Of a DNA stretch of 64,000 nt, positions 61,365 to 64,000 are shown in pieces. Both the position numbers and the translations under genes were made by a program. The notes beneath the pieces were generated by a model that did not search any database, was not told where the DNA came from, and worked only from the letters and a program-made list of their open reading frames with translations. The stretch is from a virus (lineage: Duplodnaviria; Caudoviricetes), in IMG/VR virus record IMGVR_UViG_3300035498_000530, positions 158,732 to 222,731 of that record. One strand, written 5' to 3'. Position 1 is the stretch's first letter. Each line of letters begins with the position of its first letter.

Positions 61365-61467
61365 AATAAAACCTCCTATTATCAATATTAATAATATGTT
61401 TTTGATATTATAATAGACTAGTAAGACAAAAAATAAAGAGGTGTATTTCTACACCTCTTTGACTAAC

Positions 61468-61713
61468 TTAAATTACTGTAATGATTTTTCCTTTATTACA
61501 TATATTGTCGGTGCTCATATCATTATAGTCTACTAACAACTCTACTATAGTTCTATTCGCAATCCCTTTAGCATACTTTAATTCTTCTGCTAATCCTTGC
61601 CAAAGTATACGATATATACCATTATACTCTGAAACTGTTCTTACTGTTATCTTTCTATTTTGATCCTTGCTTTCTTCGTTACATATAATGTTGAATAAAT
61701 CACGTACAAACAT
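61468..61713 (-). CDS. Hypothetical protein
   Basis: 81 aa; GGAGG RBS. Confidence 0.65.
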   Translation of the reverse strand: MFVRDLFNIICNEESKDQNRKITVRTVSEYNGIYRILWQGLAEELKYAKGIANRTIVELLVDYNDMSTDNICNKGKIITVI

Positions 61714-61737
61714 TTTCTTCCTCCGTATTGCCTTTTA

Positions 61738-62628
61738 TTACTTATTTATAGTTTCAATAAACTTACCTATAAGTGATGGAGCTATATCATTATAAAATTC
61801 ATTTATATCTACATCTATTGTATACTTAGGCTTTCTTATACCTTTGCGTGTTAAAGGATTTCTATAATTATTTAAAATATAGCTAATCTTTTCATTGTTC
61901 TCATCAGAATGCTTTATACAATTAGCAATATCATTGCGCAACCACTCTGATGCAGCATTTAATACATTTCCTATAGTATCACCATATACCACAAAATTAT
62001 CATTATAATATTCCGGTATCTTTACAACATACTGAAAATCTTCGGTTGTATTTGTATTTCCTGAACTGGTTTTTAAATTTTCATAAATAAATTTTTTGCT
62101 TCTCCTTTCTACTACAACCCTATAAACCATTTTTGCAATTTTATTTTTTGGTGATTCTGCAACTTTGATATCTTCCTGTGAAGGTATTTCTATAGTTGCT
62201 TTTTCATTTTCATTCTGCTTATTATAATTTGATTTAATAAGTTCAAGATATTCTCTGATCTCTTTGATCTCTTCTTTAGATAAAGCATCGTCGTCATCTT
62301 CTTCTTTCTTGCTTGACTCTTCGATATCTTTAATACTATCTTTGATATTTGCTAATTCAGCATTAACATGATCCTGGAAATATTCGATCCAATCATCAAT
62401 CTCATCAAAGTAATTCTCAATATCATCAGACATTGCCGCAGAATTTTCTATTAGAGTTTTAATACAATCAAATAAGTATATAAAACTTCTAAAATAAGAG
62501 TTAATATCATTAGCCATTTTGACTTGACTAGTAATATCATGAGCACTTACTTTGCAGTTGCCATTAAATATGTGTCTGTGTCTTAACTTTTTCTGTACGT
62601 TTTCGGTAAATAAATCCATTGTATCCAT
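61738..62628 (-). CDS. Coiled-coil protein with a C-terminal HicB-like segment
   Basis: YVVKIPE...VVYGDTIGNVLNAASEWL resembles the HicB N-terminal motif. Confidence 0.5.
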   Translation of the reverse strand: MDTMDLFTENVQKKLRHRHIFNGNCKVSAHDITSQVKMANDINSYFRSFIYLFDCIKTLIENSAAMSDDIENYFDEIDDWIEYFQDHVNAELANIKDSIKDIEESSKKEEDDDDALSKEEIKEIREYLELIKSNYNKQNENEKATIEIPSQEDIKVAESPKNKIAKMVYRVVVERRSKKFIYENLKTSSGNTNTTEDFQYVVKIPEYYNDNFVVYGDTIGNVLNAASEWLRNDIANCIKHSDENNEKISYILNNYRNPLTRKGIRKPKYTIDVDINEFYNDIAPSLIGKFIETINK

Positions 62629-62674
62629 GTCTAATTCCTCCTGTATGGTTTAATAGTTTTTAGTGTGCTATTTT

Positions 62675-63148
62675 TTAGTCAATGCTAACAATTGACTGTA
62701 TTCCATTTTTGTTATGTATAGCTTGACTTATATGCGTTCTTTTTGTTTCTACAATATATTGCATAGCCTTTACTATGGCTACCTTTATATCAAATGTATC
62801 TGTATAAACAAATGATTTTACATCTATACGGAAATATAATTTTCTGAAAGCTTCTCTCATTTCAGCTTCATAAGATCCAATCATAAACTTATTAGAACTC
62901 AGACTCTCTTCAAAATTCTTTATAATATTTATTGCAGTTTCAAATGAACCATCAATACGATATTCGTAATTATACTTCATTTGTTCTTCTCCACAAATAC
63001 CACATTCGTCGAATTCTTCTTTAAATTCATCACTGAATCTTGTAGTTGTCTTAAAATGAGAATCAAATCTACCAATATTTATATCTCTTTTTACAGATGA
63101 TTTAATTCCTTTTTCTATCGACTTTGCAACATCAATAAGAATTTCCAT
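62675..63148 (-). CDS. Hypothetical early protein (start revised)
   Basis: GGAGGT precedes MEILID; ATATATTAT at 63237-63245. Confidence 0.65.
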   Translation of the reverse strand: MEILIDVAKSIEKGIKSSVKRDINIGRFDSHFKTTTRFSDEFKEEFDECGICGEEQMKYNYEYRIDGSFETAINIIKNFEESLSSNKFMIGSYEAEMREAFRKLYFRIDVKSFVYTDTFDIKVAIVKAMQYIVETKRTHISQAIHNKNGIQSIVSID

Positions 63149-63161
63149 TGTAACCTCCATA

Positions 63162-63216
63162 TATTATAGTGGCTCTTGATCTTTAGTATTAATATAATCT
63201 CCACCACTGTTGTTTA
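63162..63216 (-). repeat. Bipartite leader repeat, copy A
   Basis: TAAACAACAGTGGTGGAGATTATA...AAGATCAAGAGCCACTATAATA. Confidence 0.75.
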
Positions 63217-63323
63217 CTTTGTATTACTACACAAATATAATATATGTCTATATATTTTATTAAATATAGCAATGCAAAAAAAATAAAAGCCTGGATGCGA
63301 TTCCAGGCTTATAATTTTTAGAA

Positions 63324-63836
63324 TTAGTACAATTCTTCATCAGAATGATCTTCTACAATTTTTGTATAGATAGAAACATCAAGATCATTTTCGATGCCAT
63401 ACATAATTTCCATTAACTGATTCTCATCAAATCCTAATTTTGCATAGGTTGATAAATCAATCTCTTTTTCAACACCAAGTATAATCACACGCATTTGCTC
63501 TGGTGAAAAATAACGATTAGCAGCTGTTGAAATATCTAGTCCTTTTCTGATTGCATCTTTTAATACATCCAATTGCTGAATATTGAATTCTGATTTTGCG
63601 ATTTCTGTTACATCGTGATCATCCTTCATCAAATTTCTTATTATAGCCATCTGAATACTGCTAAATTCTGCTTTAGCATAAACAGATACATCTAATTTAT
63701 CATTTAAACCCAAACGGATTTCGTACATTTGTTCTGAACTAAATTCAAATTTAGCATAAATAGATACATCTAATCCATCCTGTATTCCTAAACGTATCTG
63801 CTCCATCTGCTTGTAATCGAATACTTTATATGTCAT
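63324..63836 (-). CDS. 24-residue tandem repeat protein (F-x3-QM-x2-IRLG-x3-LDVS-x-YA)
   Basis: About six imperfect 24-aa repeats. Confidence 0.8.
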   Translation of the reverse strand: MTYKVFDYKQMEQIRLGIQDGLDVSIYAKFEFSSEQMYEIRLGLNDKLDVSVYAKAEFSSIQMAIIRNLMKDDHDVTEIAKSEFNIQQLDVLKDAIRKGLDISTAANRYFSPEQMRVIILGVEKEIDLSTYAKLGFDENQLMEIMYGIENDLDVSIYTKIVEDHSDEELY

Positions 63837-63849
63837 AATATTACCTCGC

Positions 63850-63917
63850 TATTATAGTGGCTCTTGGTCTTAGATTTTATTAGTTATTATTAGTATAACC
63901 TCCACCACTGTTGTTTA
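63850..63917 (-). repeat. Bipartite leader repeat, copy B
   Basis: TAAACAACAGTGGTGGAGGTTATA...AAGACCAAGAGCCACTATAATA, with a longer spacer than copy A. Confidence 0.75.
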
Positions 63918-63978
63918 TCTGTATATATTACTTATCCATACCTAGGAACATAGTAATTATACTATATGACAATACTAT

Positions 63979-63998
63979 ATAAGATACATGTATCTTAT
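63979..63998. promoter_or_regulatory. Perfect 20-bp palindrome (copy 2)
   Basis: ATAAGATACATGTATCTTAT, identical to 37768-37787. Confidence 0.7.
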
Positions 63999-64000
63999 TC

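Noticed and set aside
63162-63917. CRISPR mini-array interpretation of the leader repeats
   Set aside because: Only two bipartite copies about 690 bp apart with a gene between them; no regular repeat-spacer period and no cas genes.
1-64000. Stop-codon reassignment as in some gut jumbo phages
   Set aside because: Core genes are intact in the standard code, and both TAG (e.g. 25584, 31500) and TGA (e.g. 9270, 20628) serve as real stops.

Overview
A strongly AT-rich segment of a jumbo myophage of the AR9/PBS1 (phiKZ-related) type. The host is probably a Firmicute (Clostridia-like), judged from AGGAGG ribosome-binding sites, a GH73 hydrolase and a DUF362 domain. Head and tail genes: major capsid, T4 gp21-like prohead protease, terminase, portal, tail sheath and tube. 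Transcription genes: five beta/beta' RNA polymerase pieces, from both a non-virion and a virion enzyme. Replication and other genes: a family-B DNA polymerase split across two genes 16 kb apart, SF2 helicase, SbcC/Rad50, NAD ligase, RecA, a tubulin/FtsZ-like protein and tRNA-Lys(UUU). Two promoter classes can be read directly: early ATATATTAT-like and late AAC(A/T/C)-N6-T(A/G). Most notable observations: (1) a 1247-aa ORF beside the capsid gene that appears to be a cargo polyprotein. Its transglutaminase-like, GNAT, DUF6582-like and host-derived DUF362 domains are each bounded by (I/L/V)-x-E prohead-protease-type sites and fused to an acidic head protein that keeps its own RBS. (2) A short (N/S/T/K)-P-I-x-hydrophobic motif repeated in the tails or linkers of most replication and non-virion transcription proteins, with a possible sliding-clamp gene next to the polymerase. 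(3) Two convergent ORF-less transcription units of opposite temporal class at about 41.9-42.15 kb. All protein family calls come from motif recognition by eye; no database search was run.
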